Assembly (NCBI GenBank): GCA_002269645.1
Contig: NIVC01000913.1
Location: 62,001-126,000, forward strand
Direction: 5' to 3'
DNA: 64,000 bases
From: Macrostomum lignano
Lineage: Eukaryota
Positions 10,947 to 24,042 of this stretch are shown here, piece by piece (the stretch's first letter is position 1; the number at the start of each line of letters is the position of its first letter). A model generated the notes under the pieces. That model had not been told where the DNA came from and searched no databases. It saw only the letters and a list, made by a program, of their open reading frames with translations. The translations under genes were made by a program, and so were the position numbers.

Positions 10947-13900
10947 TAATCACTTAACCATTGTCTACCATTACCTAATGCTATTCCCTGCATTTGGAGG
11001 AAATTTTGGAACAATATAAGGTGACACAAACAGGTTAATACAATAAGTCATTGTCTCTATGCTCACGCTGACTTATATATTCATACTAGTACGGTAAAAA
11101 TCAACTCTTATTGTGTTCACTCTGTTTATGTAGCAGAATGCCTACACATCTATAGCGGCATTGTTGCGGGGCACATGTGCCTACTAGTCTATCATTATAT
11201 GGATCTCCATTTCTCTTCAAATCAGATTCGTGGGTCAGTCACGTTGGCTATAGAAATTTGCTTCAAGACTTGCACAATGGGTTGCGATAGCCTTTTGTTC
11301 GACTGCCTATGGTCCAGCTTGAAGCTCGAGTGAATAGCTCACAATACAGGTGCCTTGATTGCGTCATTACAGAGCTGCTCATGGCATAACCATGACTGAT
11401 ATTTTTTTATTCCCAATTCTATCTTAAAGAAATCCTTATTTCAAAACCACTAATTAGTGCTTCCATTGTGCCGCTCCTGCTGTTGGTTTTGCTTTGCCCC
11501 TGAAGGCGAATTTGTGTCCGAATCAACATGCTGAAATTCGGACAGAACCCCGAGTTTGAATGTGCGAAGGCAGGTGCGATATTGGTTCGCATTCCACGTG
11601 CTGCCCTTTTTCGATGTCTACATTAATTCCTTTTTAAAAGAAGACTCTACCAAATTCGATTAATTTCAGGAAAGACAAGATAAATAAAAAAAAACTGAAA
11701 TTAGGCGAAAATTACTCGATGCTTATCTTTTATTGCGGCTTTCTTTGATGTTTTGGCACGAGTGAAAGAGAGAAAACATGAGAATTTGAGTGACATCCGC
11801 GTTTAAATAATGAGTCTCTTTTTTAATGAACACATTGATACTTAATACAATTTGTACCAATCGGTTCTATTGCATATTTTCAGATTTGAACCGTCTCATT
11901 GGAAAGGCCATCCTCAGAACCCATCATTCAGAGTGGCCGCTACCCCATTCCCTGTCTTTTATTAAGGCCGCTACCCCATCCCCTGTCCTTTATTGAGGCC
12001 GCTACCCCATCCCCTGTCTTTTAATGATGCTGCTACCCCATCCCCTGTCTTTTATTAAGGCCGCTACCCCATCCCCTGTCCTTTATTGAGGCCGCTACCC
12101 CATCCCCTGTCTTTTAATGATGCTGCTACCCCGTCCCATGAACTTTAATGAGGCCGCTACCCCATCCCATGAACTTTAATGAGGCCGCTACCCAATCCCA
12201 TGAACTTTAATGAGGCCGCTACCCAATCCCATGAACTTTAATGAGGCCGCTACCCCATCCCCTGTCTTTTAATGAGGCCGCTACCCCATCCCCTGTCCTT
12301 TATTGAGGCCGCTACCCCATCCTCTGTCTTTTAATGATGCTGCTACCCCGTCCCATGAACTCTAATGAGGCCGCTACCCAATCCCATGAACTTTAATGAG
12401 GCCGCTACCCAATCCCATGAACTTTAATGAGGCCGCTACCCCATCCCCTGTCTTTTAATGAGGCCGCTACCCCATCCCCTGTCCTTTATTGAGGCCGCTA
12501 CCCCATCCTCTGTCTTTTAATGATGCTGCTACCCCGTCCCATGAACTTTAATGAGGCCGCTACCCCATCCCCTGTCTTTTAATGAGGCCGCTACCCCATC
12601 CCCTGTCCTTTATTGAGGCCGCTACCCCATCCTCTGTCTTTTAATGATGCTGCTACCCCATCCCCTGTCCTTTATTGAGGCCGCTACCTATACCCTGTCT
12701 TTTAATGAGGCCGCTACCCCATCCCCTGTCCTTTATTGAGGCCGCTACCCCATCCTCTGTCTTTTAATGATGCTGCTACCCCATCCCCTGTCCTTTATTG
12801 AGGCCGCTACCTATACCCTGTCTTTTAATGATGCCGCCACCCCATCCCATGTCTTTTAACGATGCCGCTACCCCATCCCCTGTCTTTTAATGAGGCCGCT
12901 ACCTATACCCTGTCTTTTAATGATGCCGCTACCCCATCCCCTGTCTTTTAATGAGGCCGCTACCCCATCCCCTGTCCTTTAATGAGGCCGCTACCCCATC
13001 CCCTGTCCTTTATTGATTCCGCTACCCCATCCCCTGTCTTTTAATGAGGCCGCTACCCCATCCCCTGTCCTTTAATGAGGCCGCTACCCCATCCCCTGTC
13101 CTTTATTGATTCCGCTACCCCATCCCCTGTCTTTTAATGAGGCCGCTACCCAATCCCCTGAACTTAAATGAGGCCGCTACCCCATCCACTGTCCTTTATT
13201 GAGGCCGCTACCTATACCCTGTCTTTTAATGATGCCGCTACCCCATCCCCTGTCTTTTAATGAGGCCGCTACTCCATCCCATGTCTTTTAACGATGCCGC
13301 TACCCCATCCCCTGTCTTTTAATGAGGCCGCTACCTATACCCTGTCTTTTAATGATGCCGCTACCCCATCCCCTGTCTTTTAATGAGGCCGCTACCCCAT
13401 CCTCTGTCCTTTATTGAGGCCGCTACCCCATCCCCTGTCTTTTAATGATGCTGCTACCCCGTCCCATGAACTCTAATGAGGCCGCTACCCAATCCCATGA
13501 ACTTTAATGGGGGCCGCTACCCTATCCCCTGAACTTTAATGGGGCCGCTACCCTATCACCTGAACTTTAATGAGGCCGCTACCCCATCCTCTGTACTCTA
13601 ATAAGGCCGCTACCCCATCCCATGAACTTTAATGGGGCCGCTACCCCATCTCCTGAACTTTAATGGGGCTGCTACCCCATCCCTGTACTCTAATGAGGCC
13701 GCTACCCCATCCCCTGAATTTTAATGGGGCCGCTTCCCCTTTCCCCTGTTCTTCAGCGAGGCCACTTGTTTGATTTATCATCTGGTGTTAAGTTGCCAAG
13801 ACTTGAAACTAATCCTCAAAGTCAACAAACAAAGTTACAAACTCACTTTACAAACAAATAAAACAGAGTGTACAAGCAGAAGAACAAACAAAACTAATTA

Positions 13901-14194
13901 ATATCGTGCAACCCAGTTTAACCCAGACACCGAAGTGCTAACAATCTGCCACGCCTGATACCAACAGACGCGCAGCTATAGTCGGCAAAACTTCAAAGAA
14001 GGCTGCCATTGCGCTCCGGCAGTCGCCGACAGACAGATAAGAAAATCCGGCCGCTATCGCACCTCCTGATATAGCTAATTAATTAGCTCACCTGCCTATC
14101 TCTCTTTAGAGTCAGTTTTTTATTCACTGCCCGCCAGTCCCCCACACCGTGAAGTGGTCTCAATTAACCTGCAGTTAATTAACCTGCTTCGTCA

Positions 14195-14316
14195 CACGTG
14201 CAGCTCCCGGTGTGCCAGCCAATCAGAGAGCTCGGCTTTCTACTGGCCTTTGGTTTGGCGCTAGCAATGGAGGGCGAGAGGTGCGAACTCGAGAAAGAGG
14301 GAAGAAGATTATAAAA
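14195..14316 (+). promoter_or_regulatory. Promoter-like motifs upstream of the 96-aa ORF
   Basis: CACGTG at 14195, CCAAT at 14219, TATAAAA at 14310-14316; mirrored in the right arm. Confidence 0.45.
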
Positions 14317-14398
14317 GGTAAACCCTGCTACCCGTTGATCTACTTGAGATTCGAAAGCCAAATAAGATAACTAATTAGTCATATCGCAGGTAATCAGC

Positions 14399-14689
14399 AT
14401 GGCTTGCAGAAGAATCAGCTTTGATGGCTTCAGGCCCAGCAGCAGCGTGGCGGTGCTGCGGGAGCGACTTCAGAGCTTAGCGTCGGGAACTTCAACGAGT
14501 GTTGTGATCGAACTTGGTGAGACTGAGGTGAGCTGCCATCTGCCAGAGTTCTACCATAGACAACCTCTGCAGCTCAAGAACATCGCGGCTCCTGCTCAGG
14601 ATTCAACTGGCTGCGTGCTCAGGACCCACTACCCGCTGGCGAAGGAGAACCAGTCAGGTCTGGCACTGGCTGACTCATCAAATCGATAG
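14399..14689 (+). CDS. 96-aa orphan ORF, copy 1
   Basis: ATG in AGCATGG context downstream of a TATA box; intact in both arms; no family recognised with certainty. Confidence 0.45.
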   Translation: MACRRISFDGFRPSSSVAVLRERLQSLASGTSTSVVIELGETEVSCHLPEFYHRQPLQLKNIAAPAQDSTGCVLRTHYPLAKENQSGLALADSSNR

Positions 14690-15094
14690 ATCATATGAGC
14701 CTCTGAACGTTTTGTATTTACGTTTTGTATTTGCATAGAAACTGTTTCGTATATCTTGTATACTGTGCATGCTTTGTGTTCCAGAGCTCATATTGGGCTG
14801 TGATAACTCTTGTGAATAGTTTCATGTACTTTCCATGCTGCATGTACTTTTATGCAAATATTCTTTTAATCTCAAAGTGACAGCAATACAAATTTTATAA
14901 ATATACTTGCAAAAATGATTTGTCATTTTTAACATAAATTCACATTGACTTAAAAATTTGTTAAATTTTGCCGGCAGTGGTGGAGAAAGTCAGCAATTCG
15001 GAGCACAGTGCATTGTACTAAACGTATCAGAGAGAGCTGAATTATTTTATGTATTTGCGCAGGTTCAGCTAACATACAAATTTTCCCTTGACAG

Positions 15095-15570
15095 GGAGGC
15101 AGGGAGAGACAGGGAGAGACAGGGAGAGACAGGGGGAGATATATAGAGGCAGGGAGCGGAGAGAGGCAGATTCAAGCACTGAGGGAGAGGCAGATTCAAG
15201 CACTGAGGGAGAGGCAGATTCAAGCACTGAGGGAGAGGCAGATTCAAGCACTGAGGGAGGGGAGAGAGGCAGATTCAAGCACTGAGGGAGCGGAGAGAGG
15301 CAGATTCAAGCACTGAGGGAGCGGAGAGAAGCAGATTCTGGCACTGAGGGAGCGGAGAGAGGCAGATTCAAGCACTGAGGGAGCGGAGAGAGGCAGATTC
15401 AAGCACTGAGGGAGCGGAGAGAGGCAGATTCAAGCACTGAGGGAGCGGAGAGAGGCAGATTCAAGCACTGAGGGAGCGGAGAGAGGCAGATTCAAGCACT
15501 GAGGGAGAGGCAGATTCAAGCACTGAGGGAGAGGCAGATTCAAGCACTGAGGGAGAGGCAGATTCAAGCA
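15095..15570. repeat. 24/31-bp minisatellite (GGCAGATTCAAGCACTGAGGGA[GCGGAGA]GA)
   Basis: Read directly; one reverse-complement unit lies at about 10911-10940. Confidence 0.95.
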
Positions 15571-16189
15571 CACACAAGCCTATTCAATGCCACGCATATT
15601 TGGATTGTCAAAAAAATGTCTTCGGCTTGCAAATTGTGAGTAGTTATTCTGTAAATTTTGAATTTATTGAATTATCATTAGTACAAAAATGCACACGGAC
15701 CTGCGTAGTGCTACTTAAAGTATGATGAAGTAGATATTTCCCAAACGCGGTTGCAGATAAAGTACAATTACTAAAGATCAAAGGCACAGAGAATTTACAT
15801 TCGTACTTAAAAACTAGAGCTTTGGACAGTAAGTAATTACAAATCTGAATATTTAAAATGAAATGCATAAAAGACATGAGTACGATCTCATTTATATAAA
15901 TTTAAAGTACAAAAGTTATTAATTTAAGTCATGTACTACTTGCACTAATAGTTAGTTAGATAAGCAGAGCTTGTCACTCAGTGCGGGCGTCAACAATTTG
16001 TTAACTGAGGAATCTCAGCCAGCGCCTACTAACAAGTAGCGCATAAAGAATATGTAGCGAATCTCTTACAGTTTGTGTGGAAACTTTTGCACAGTGAAAA
16101 TTAAATAAAAACGTTCAATGAGGAATTTCATAAGCCCTAAACTTTATAAAGACTAAACCTTATCCCTAAGTCTAGACTTCACTGAGCTC

Positions 16190-16410
16190 ACAAACCATTC
16201 AATTCAAAAACACTTCAATTCACAAACTCTAAACTACTTAAACCATAAACTACACAAACCCTAAACTTCACAAAACATAAACTTCACAAACCATAAATTT
16301 CACAAACCCTAAACTACACAAACCCTAAACTTCACAAACCCTAAACTACACAAACCCTAAACTTCACAAACCCTAAACTTCACAAATCATAAGCTTCACG
16401 AACCCTAAAA
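16190..16410. repeat. 16-bp minisatellite (CACAAACCCTAAACTA); same family as 52707-53282 in the opposite orientation
   Basis: Read directly. Confidence 0.85.
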
Positions 16411-16515
16411 CATCAAAACCAGTTTTGAGTTTGTTGTGCGATAATTAAGCTTACAATCCTGCCCAATAGCCAAATTTGAGCCTGACAATTATTAGAAGGC
16501 CGAAAGCTTCCAGAA

Positions 16516-18410
16516 TCACCGAACAGTCAGCGCCCTGTCCAAGAAGCTCTGCAGCCGGTCAAGCCGGGCGTCAATCTGCAGCACGTCTTCTTCAACGCCG
16601 CCCAGACCGGGCCCGCTGGACGCCGGCTGCAGCGGCTTCTTCGACTTCGCCTTCTTCGCTGACGAAGCCGCGGACCTTTGTGGTCGCCTTCTGTCGTCGT
16701 CGGCGCTTGTCGGCCGCCGCTGCCGGCGCTCCGTCACGTAGGCTGTCGGATCGAAGCGCGGAGTGCAGCGCCGCGGAGTCGACACTCGCGAGGCGACAGG
16801 GGACGCGTTTGCGGAGACAGCCGCCGGACCGTGCACCCGAGCCCGCTTGTGCAGCGCCAGCTCCCGCAGCACCTGACTCAGCCGGAGCTGCAGCATCCGC
16901 TCCATGGCTCGGAGCTCGCGCGCCTCCGACTGCAGCTTCTTCATCGCCGACGAGGACGCGTTGCCGACGGCTCCGCGTGGCGAGGCCGACGCGGTCACGG
17001 AGCTTTGCAGCTCGGCTTCCAGGCCGCGGGCCGCCTCCCGCATCGCCGCAACTTCGAGGCGCAGCTGCGCCGCGGAACTGGCAGCTGGGCGCAGTTGGGC
17101 GTTCTCGCGACGCAGCCTGGCGTTCTCCTGCTCCAGCTGGCGGGCCGCCTGCCGCAGCCCTGCGGCATCCAGCATCCGATCTTCATCGTCAGCGTCGGTC
17201 TCGGTCCGGGCGCTGTCGGAGCGCTGGCGATTCAGCGGCAGGCGACATTCGATCTGATCAAAGATTGGAGTTGCTCGTAAAACTTAGCTCATGTATTTTG
17301 GCACAATAGATACTACTTATATCAGTAGCTAAAGTTTCAAGGGGGCTTTTGGCACCGCCGCAAATTATGGCGATAGTCCACACGCGAAGCCAGAAAAGAG
17401 ACAAGCAGTCATGCTCATTCCACCGACCTCAGAGACACTTTCACACACGGGGTGGACAGCGGCCTTGCATTTCCCATCTCCTATGCCAGACTGGGATGTG
17501 CGCCCTCTGTGCCCGGGGATGCTGGCTCTCGATGGCGCGAGACAAGCAAGACAGGCCTCCCACCCCCTCGGCCAATCCAAGGATCACTCAAAAATGGTTT
17601 AATTATTTTAGAGGCTGATTTCCTGGAAAAATACACTGCAGAAAAAAGGAGAAATCAGTTTTTCATCACATGCCCCAGATCAAATGCGATAATTGATTTG
17701 TGATAGGAAAATCCACATACTAAATATTTTCTAATCTCCACAGTGCATTTTTCCAGGAAATCAAATGCAATAATTGATTTGTGATAGAAAAATCCACAAA
17801 CTTAATCTTTTCTAATCTCCACAGTGCATTTTTCCAGGAAATCGAATGCAATAATTGATTTGTGATAGAAAAATGCACAAACTTAATCTTTTCTAATCTC
17901 CACAGTGCATTTTTCCAGGAAATTGGCCTCCAAAAAATTACAGGATCTTTGAGTTTTACGTGCTGTTATACTACAGGGGTACTTGGGCCAATCATTGTAC
18001 ACGAGCCCCAAATTTGCACAGAAGCAAACCCTGGGACTACAGAATTCTACTGAAGATCTTCATACCTGTTCGAAGCGAGTTCTATAGGTGAGCACCAGGT
18101 GCTGCAGATCAGGGTGCTCTATAGTCGGCTTGTCTAGATGAAGCCGCAGGTCGCTGGATGCCCGATTTCGCTCAGCGATGGCGGCTTTAAGCATCTGCAG
18201 GAATGCGCTGTAGGGCCGGCCTGGAAGCAGCTTGGCGACTAAATCCGAGCTGTAGTGCCCAGTCCAGGACTCACCTGTCTTTGGCCAGACAAGACTGAGA
18301 TCAATGCTATCTGACTGGCTGGAATCAACTGTGGCCATGGCCATTTGGCCATTCAAGCAGATGGGAACTGTCTGCAGTGAATGCTGCGGCACCTGATGCT
18401 GCTGCTGCAT
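16516..18410 (-). CDS. CCDC61: Coiled-coil domain-containing protein 61 (VFL3-like centrosomal protein); exons 18410-18066 and 17253-16516, about 360 aa
   Basis: Exon 1 resembles the SAS6/XRCC4-like head (ends HLVLTYRTRFEQ). A phase-0 GT-AG splice joins IECRLPL, then a coiled coil, the RFDPTAYV signature and C-terminal IDARLDRLQSFL. Confidence 0.85.
17680..17922. repeat. 81-bp tandem repeat, 3 copies, in the CCDC61 intron
   Basis: AATGCRATAATTGATTTGTGATAG at about 17683, 17764 and 17845. Confidence 0.9.
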
Positions 18411-18905
18411 CCTACTGGCAGATGCCTTGGAGCGCCTTGGAGTTGGCTGCGAATTTAATTTGACAGCAAGGCAATAGTTTGTAAACTATGAGCCTACAAT
18501 TAAAAGCCAGGTAGGTGTAAGTTCAATAAGGTAAATCTGAACACCAAAAATATATTTGGTTAAACCAAAGTTATAATAGGAGCAAAAGATTTATATAATG
18601 CCAAAAAAATTTGCTTAGCTTAAAATAATATGAAAAGCAAGGAGCAATAATAAGGAAATTCAAGATTAAATAAATTTATATTGAATTTTAAAAAAGGTAG
18701 ACCTAAACCTTTACTTATAAATAGCAGACATTGATATGAATAATAATTAGAAAACAGTGGATTCCATCTAAATATACCATGGTTTTATATTTACTGAAGA
18801 ACTATAATAGCCACTCCAATCAAATCGAAAGTACTATATATAGAAGTTCTTCTATCCATATGAAGGGCATTAATGGAGCAAGAGAACTGTTCACATAGCC
18901 TGTGC

Positions 18906-19065
18906 TAGGGGTGTAGCCAGGAATTTCCTATGGGGGGGATACACCAAGGTAAAAGTGCTATGACAGAGTCACATGGTAGCATGAATAGCAACAAAGGGCA
19001 ACAAAAAAGTTTTGGTCAGGCTCTTTGGGGGGGATACACCCCCTATCCCCCTCCCTACGCCCCTA
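18906..19065. mobile_element. hAT-type MITE
   Basis: TIRs TAGGGGTGTAG / CTACGCCCCTA; 8-bp flanks GCCTGTGC and GCCTGTGG (7/8 match). Confidence 0.7.
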
Positions 19066-20030
19066 GCCTGTGGTAGTCTAGAAAACTAAGTTTACAATAA
19101 ATAAGTAGAGAAATGACAGCTGTGCCACGACACATGATGAATATTCAAGCTCATCTTTTTGTACATATTTTTCATTCAGAAGTACGAAAATTTGATAGTT
19201 AGGTCTACAATTCTTACTGCTATGGAATTAGAAAAACAAAACAAATTGTATAAATAATAAAATTACAAAACTATTTTGTTCAACCCAAAATTTGAGTCTA
19301 TTAAGTATACAAGTGAAATTTTTATACTACCATAAAATGCTTGAAGTTGAAGTACAAAGCAAACCATGCTGGAGTGGTTACTTGTTGCCAGTTGTAGTTA
19401 CTAAATAATCACAAGGTAGTGAAGGGAGGCAGAAAGCTTTCACTTTTTTTTACAGATCAACAAATCGATCACTAAGTACAGATTTTTAAATACTTTTCGA
19501 GCTGTCGGTTCGTGACTTGTAAGGGTTATGTGGTTATATTTTTATAATGTTGTTTGGCTGACCATGGTGAAGTAAAATTGAAAAACATTTTGTGTCAAAT
19601 TGGTTCGAAAAAAAGCTTCCTTAATTATCGTAGCATAACGAAGTAATCTGAACTGTCAAACAATTTATGTATATCATTAATTTTGAATTCGTAACTTTTA
19701 AAATGTTTCTGATTAAGTAAATTTCGAAATTGAAAACTTTTTTACATGGAAAAAAATTCTAAATACGAATTTCAATTCAGGATCCATCCAGATCCACAGA
19801 AGAACTTTTGTTGTTTAGCAGAGCTAGAGCAGCTAGCTAGGCGGCCTAGGCCTAAGGGCTTATCGAACCGAGGTAGGTGATTAACTGACTGACTGCCCGG
19901 TTGGGTCAGATTACATTAAATGCAGTCCTAAACAGTGTAATAAGCAATGCTTTTTTATCTGTCATCTACACCATAACGGCATAACCTTGTCTTCTGTCTC
20001 CGACCATACCACAGTCCACGATACCAAAAA

Positions 20031-20218
20031 CGGGCGTAGCCAAGGGGGTCATCATGGGGGTCATGACCCCCCCCCAGCCGGCTGATCCAGGCCAAATTTT
20101 CAACACCCCCTCCCCCGTTGCAGAGAGAGGCCTTGCACCCACTGCCCCCAGTTGCCACTGTGAGCCTGTGACTGTGACCCCCCCCCCCAGAAGGAAATCC
20201 TAGCTGGCTACACCACTG
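20031..20218. mobile_element. hAT-type MITE
   Basis: Ends CGGGCGTAGCC / GGCTACACCACTG; perfect 8-bp TSD ACCAAAAA at 20023-20030 and 20219-20226. Confidence 0.75.
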
Positions 20219-20599
20219 ACCAAAAACCATAGCCCATAGGGCATGAAGCTGTTAACTGCCCTGCCCTAGCCCCGCCCTATCAGTGACTGACTATAGTGTC
20301 ATTAGCATTAGCCCTTTTGAGTCTGACCCTCCTCTTTCCTCTGTTGACAAGTTCAGGTCTATCTATACTAATTGTTGCATTACTGAATTATTATTACTAT
20401 TACTGCCAGAGCCAGTCTGCCATCTCTATAGGCCCTAGCCCTAGTCTATAACATAGTGTATACTGACACTGTCTATATCTTTGATTAGTGATTGGTACTA
20501 GCCATTATATGAATGTATCATGTATATATGATTATGTATGATTAATTATATTTATATTAAATTATAACATATATTTCTTGACTTTACCTATGGCTATAT

Positions 20600-20803
20600 C
20601 AGGATCAGGGGTAGTGGAGCCTAATATTTTAGGGGTGGGGCATTGGGCATAAGGCAAGGAGGGCATAGTTACCTTTATGGCTTTATAAGCTGTTAATTAG
20701 GGCCTAAAATCAGAAAAAAGCACAAAAAATTACCACATAGACTCATTTTCTTAGGGGGGGGGCATGTGTCCCCAGTGCCGCAAGCAAGCTCCCACCACCC
20801 ATG
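20600..20803. mobile_element. hAT-type MITE
   Basis: Ends CAGG(ATCAGG)GGTAGTGGAGC / GCTCCCACCACCCATG; 8-bp TSD GGCTATAT at 20592-20599 and 20804-20811. Confidence 0.65.
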
Positions 20804-20954
20804 GGCTATATTAATATCACAAGTAGCCTTCCCTTTATTAATATTTATGTGAGTTCTAGCTAGAAATATAAAATAATTTTATTTTACTTTCTATATGGCT
20901 TAACTTAGCCATTCTACAATCTACTTATTTTTAGTATTTTGTAGATTTTGACAA

Positions 20955-21640
20955 TCTTCTCTACATATAAAAATCAAAACTCTGTCTGTCTGTGTATGTG
21001 TCTGTGTACAATTTTGATCGCTATGGACTCCCAAACCACTCAACCAAATTACACCAAACTTTACACCCACCCTAAACTTACTACGGAGAATGTCTTAGGC
21101 TACCTTTTAATTTCCTAGACTCAAGTCTTCCTACCTAAAAGTACAAAAAACTGCTCAAAATGCGCAATTTTTTCACTAAATCCTCCATAGCGCCGCTCCA
21201 CTTCTACCGATTCTGTTCAAATTTGACACAGGCAATTTTCAACTATTTTGACACAATCGTGTAAAATTTCAAATCTCAAAGTTAATCCTGAACGGCGCTG
21301 TGCACTTTTAAAGTTTGGCTGTTTTTTTCAGCGAGACAGCCACCCCAACCTCCACCCGCCTGCCTCTTTCCCGATCTGGGCAAAGGGTGTAAATGGGTTT
21401 TAAAATGACTAACTTTCGGCTGCCATAAGTTTGCTCCACACGAAGCGATTGACTTCTAACTTAACACAATTCTTCTTTGATTCATTCTCTGTCTAAATGT
21501 AAAGTTTCAACTCTCTAACTCAATCAGAACAGAAACTGTAAGCATGTGAAGTTTGTCTCATTTTTCTGTTGTTTGTGCTACTCACTCACTCATTCCCCCA
21601 GAGCCAGACGAAGGGTCAGGCGATAGGACTGAATGTACAT
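20955..21640 (+). mobile_element. Non-autonomous Helitron-like element
   Basis: 5' A|TC end (TCTTCTCTACATATAAAA), nearby CTGTCTGTCTG tract and 3' hairpin GCCAGAC-GAAGG-GTCAGGC (21603-21621). The canonical CTAG end is not clean. Confidence 0.45.
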
Positions 21641-22194
21641 AGCAAATGTACAGTGTTTTGGAATAACTTTATTTATAGCCTTCTCTGCACACCGAGAGTG
21701 GAGAGGCTATGTTTAGCCATGACAGTTTAGTGAGAAATTCTAACCACTGCCCTCCCCTCTGTATTGGCAAACTCTGCAGCAGTTTAACAGTGGATGGCAA
21801 TTGGCAATTGGCAAATCGAGGGAATCCACTATCCAGCATGGTTTGTAAAAGCGAAAGATTTATGAAAAGGCGATGCAATGCAATACAACCCTACTAAATT
21901 AGTCACACCATGGAAATTTTAGGTTTCTCTTAAAAGTACTTTAAATATTAAATGTCCTAAGAAATGCTTATTTCCTTGGTTGTTAGACTGATGCAGACTG
22001 CAGTGGAGCTGAAAATACACAAATTCCTTTCAGGGCTGCAAATTGGCAAGAAAAATGACGTGATCAAAGCATGAGAACAGCCATGAGAGTAGTACGTCCC
22101 ACAAACTGCATGGCTTACCAAGCAGGAATGGGCAGACTTTTACTTCAAAAGCCAGATAAAGAATCCAGCTTATGTGCGGGCCAGATGAGAGTGG

Positions 22195-23001
22195 AAAGGA
22201 GAAGGAATAGACTATTAGAAGAGAGGGGAGGCGAGAGGGGGATATGAGAAAACATGGAATATAAGAGGAGAGACAAGTGGTGAGGAGAGAGCAGAGAAGA
22301 AGGGAGGAAGAAGTGAGAGGAGGGGAGAAAGGAGGGAGAGGAAAGAGTAAAGGCGAGAAGAGGGGAGAGATGAGACAGAGGATCGATGAGAGGAGAGTAG
22401 AGAAGAGTGAGAAGAGATGAGAGGAGATGAGAGATGAGAGAGCAGAAAGAAGATGACAGAGGGTCAAGAGGAGATGAGAGATTAGAGAGGAGAGAGTAGA
22501 AAGGATAGAAAAGAGAGGAGATAAGAGGGGGAGAGAAGGGGTGAGAAGAGAAGAGATAGAGATAAGAGAGGGGTGTAAGAAGAGGGGAGAAAGGAGAGAT
22601 GAGAGAGTAAAGGGAAGAGGAGAAGAGAGGAAAGAGATGAGATTGTAGAGATGAGACAGATCAAAGAAGAGATGAGAGATGAAAAAGGTGAGAGGAGAGT
22701 GCAGAGAGACAAGAGAAGATAATAGAGGAGAGAGAGTATAGAAAGGGAAAAGAAAAGAAGAGAGGAGTGAGAAGAGGTGAAGAGAAGAGTACAGAGGAGA
22801 TAAGTGAGAGAACGTATAAGAGAGTAAAGATGACAGATGAGAGAGCAGATGAACAGACGAGAGATGGGAGAGTGGAGAGAACAGAGGAGAGATAAGAGAG
22901 AAGAGATTACAGAGACTAGAGGAGAGAGGAGAGACAGGGAGAGAGAAGAGGAAACAGGAGAATGAAGAGGGGAGAGAGTAGAGAGAAGAGAGATGGGAGA
23001 G

Positions 23002-23072
<71 letters not shown>

Positions 23073-23500
23073 TGCAGAGCAGAGAGAAACAAGAAGAGAT
23101 AAGAGAGAAAATATAAAAGAAGAGAAAAGAGAGATGAAAGAGCGGACAAGAGAGAAGAGAGGTGAGGGAAGAGACGAGCGACGAGGGGAGAGAGAAGAGA
23201 TAAAACAAGAAAAGAGATGAGAGGAAAGAGGTGAGGGAAGAGACGAGAGAAGAGGGGAGAGAGGAGAGAGAGAGAGGAAAGAGAAGAGAGAAGAGAGAAA
23301 AGAATAGAGAGGAGAGGAGAGAGAAAACAAAAGAGTAGAGAGGAGAGAGGAGAGGAGAGAGAAAAGAATAGGGAAGAGATGAGATAAGAGAGATGAAAGA
23401 GAAGAGAAATGAGGGAAGATACGAAAGAAGAGAGGAGAGACGAGAGACAAGGGATGAGAGAGAAGAAAGGAAACAGAAGAGACGATAGAAATTTTAAAGG
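22195..23500. repeat. Polypurine (AG-rich) low-complexity tract of about 1.3 kb
   Basis: Almost only A/G, with a pure (AG)n core near 23010-23070. Confidence 0.95.
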
Positions 23501-24042
23501 ATCCAAGGGACATAGGGAGAGTCAGGGAGAGGCCAGAGTTTGCCAATACATGTTTTAGAGTCAGACAGACATTGCCTGGCATTCTGTAGAGTACCCTAGC
23601 CAACAATATCAATGTTTGCCTCAAAACCTAATTTTACACAAATGTGCTCCATTTTATGTCTACCTCTATCCTACTAACTATTAATTTGTTTGTGTATGGC
23701 CTTAGATTTCAGAATACATGCAAAAGTAGTTCCGGGGATTGGAATTCCCCGGGTTCAAAATCCGCGGGTTTCAACAGCTTGTAGGCCTATAAAAATGAAA
23801 CTCAAGCTAATAATAAGGCCAAAGCCAAGGGATAAAGAATGTTTAAATAGAAGGATAGAAAACTATATTTCTTAGAGTTTCTTAGAAAAATGTTTTAAAA
23901 TAAACATTTTAAAATAAAAAATGAAGTTAAGCCTAATGTTTTTGTATTTAAAATAAAAAAATAAGAGATTATTAGATATTAAAAAAACATTTTTGTATAA
24001 TAGTAGGGCCTACTGATAAAAAATAGCATAGGCAAAAAATGG

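Larger units (their letters stand above)
11935..14962 (+). repeat. Left arm of a large inverted duplication: 31-bp array (11935-13745) plus about 1.2 kb of unique sequence
   Basis: 13745-14962 is the reverse complement of 24843-26062, with roughly a dozen differences by eye. The unit GAGGCCGCTACCCCATCCCCTGTCTTTTAAT is mirrored at 26065-27075. Confidence 0.95.

Noticed and set aside
16476-17309. Plus-strand ORFs of 277, 200 and 117 aa
   Set aside because: Antisense shadows of the GC-rich CCDC61 exon 2.
22030-23624. Leu/Ser-rich ORFs of 196-392 aa
   Set aside because: Polypyrimidine-strand translations of the AG-rich tract.
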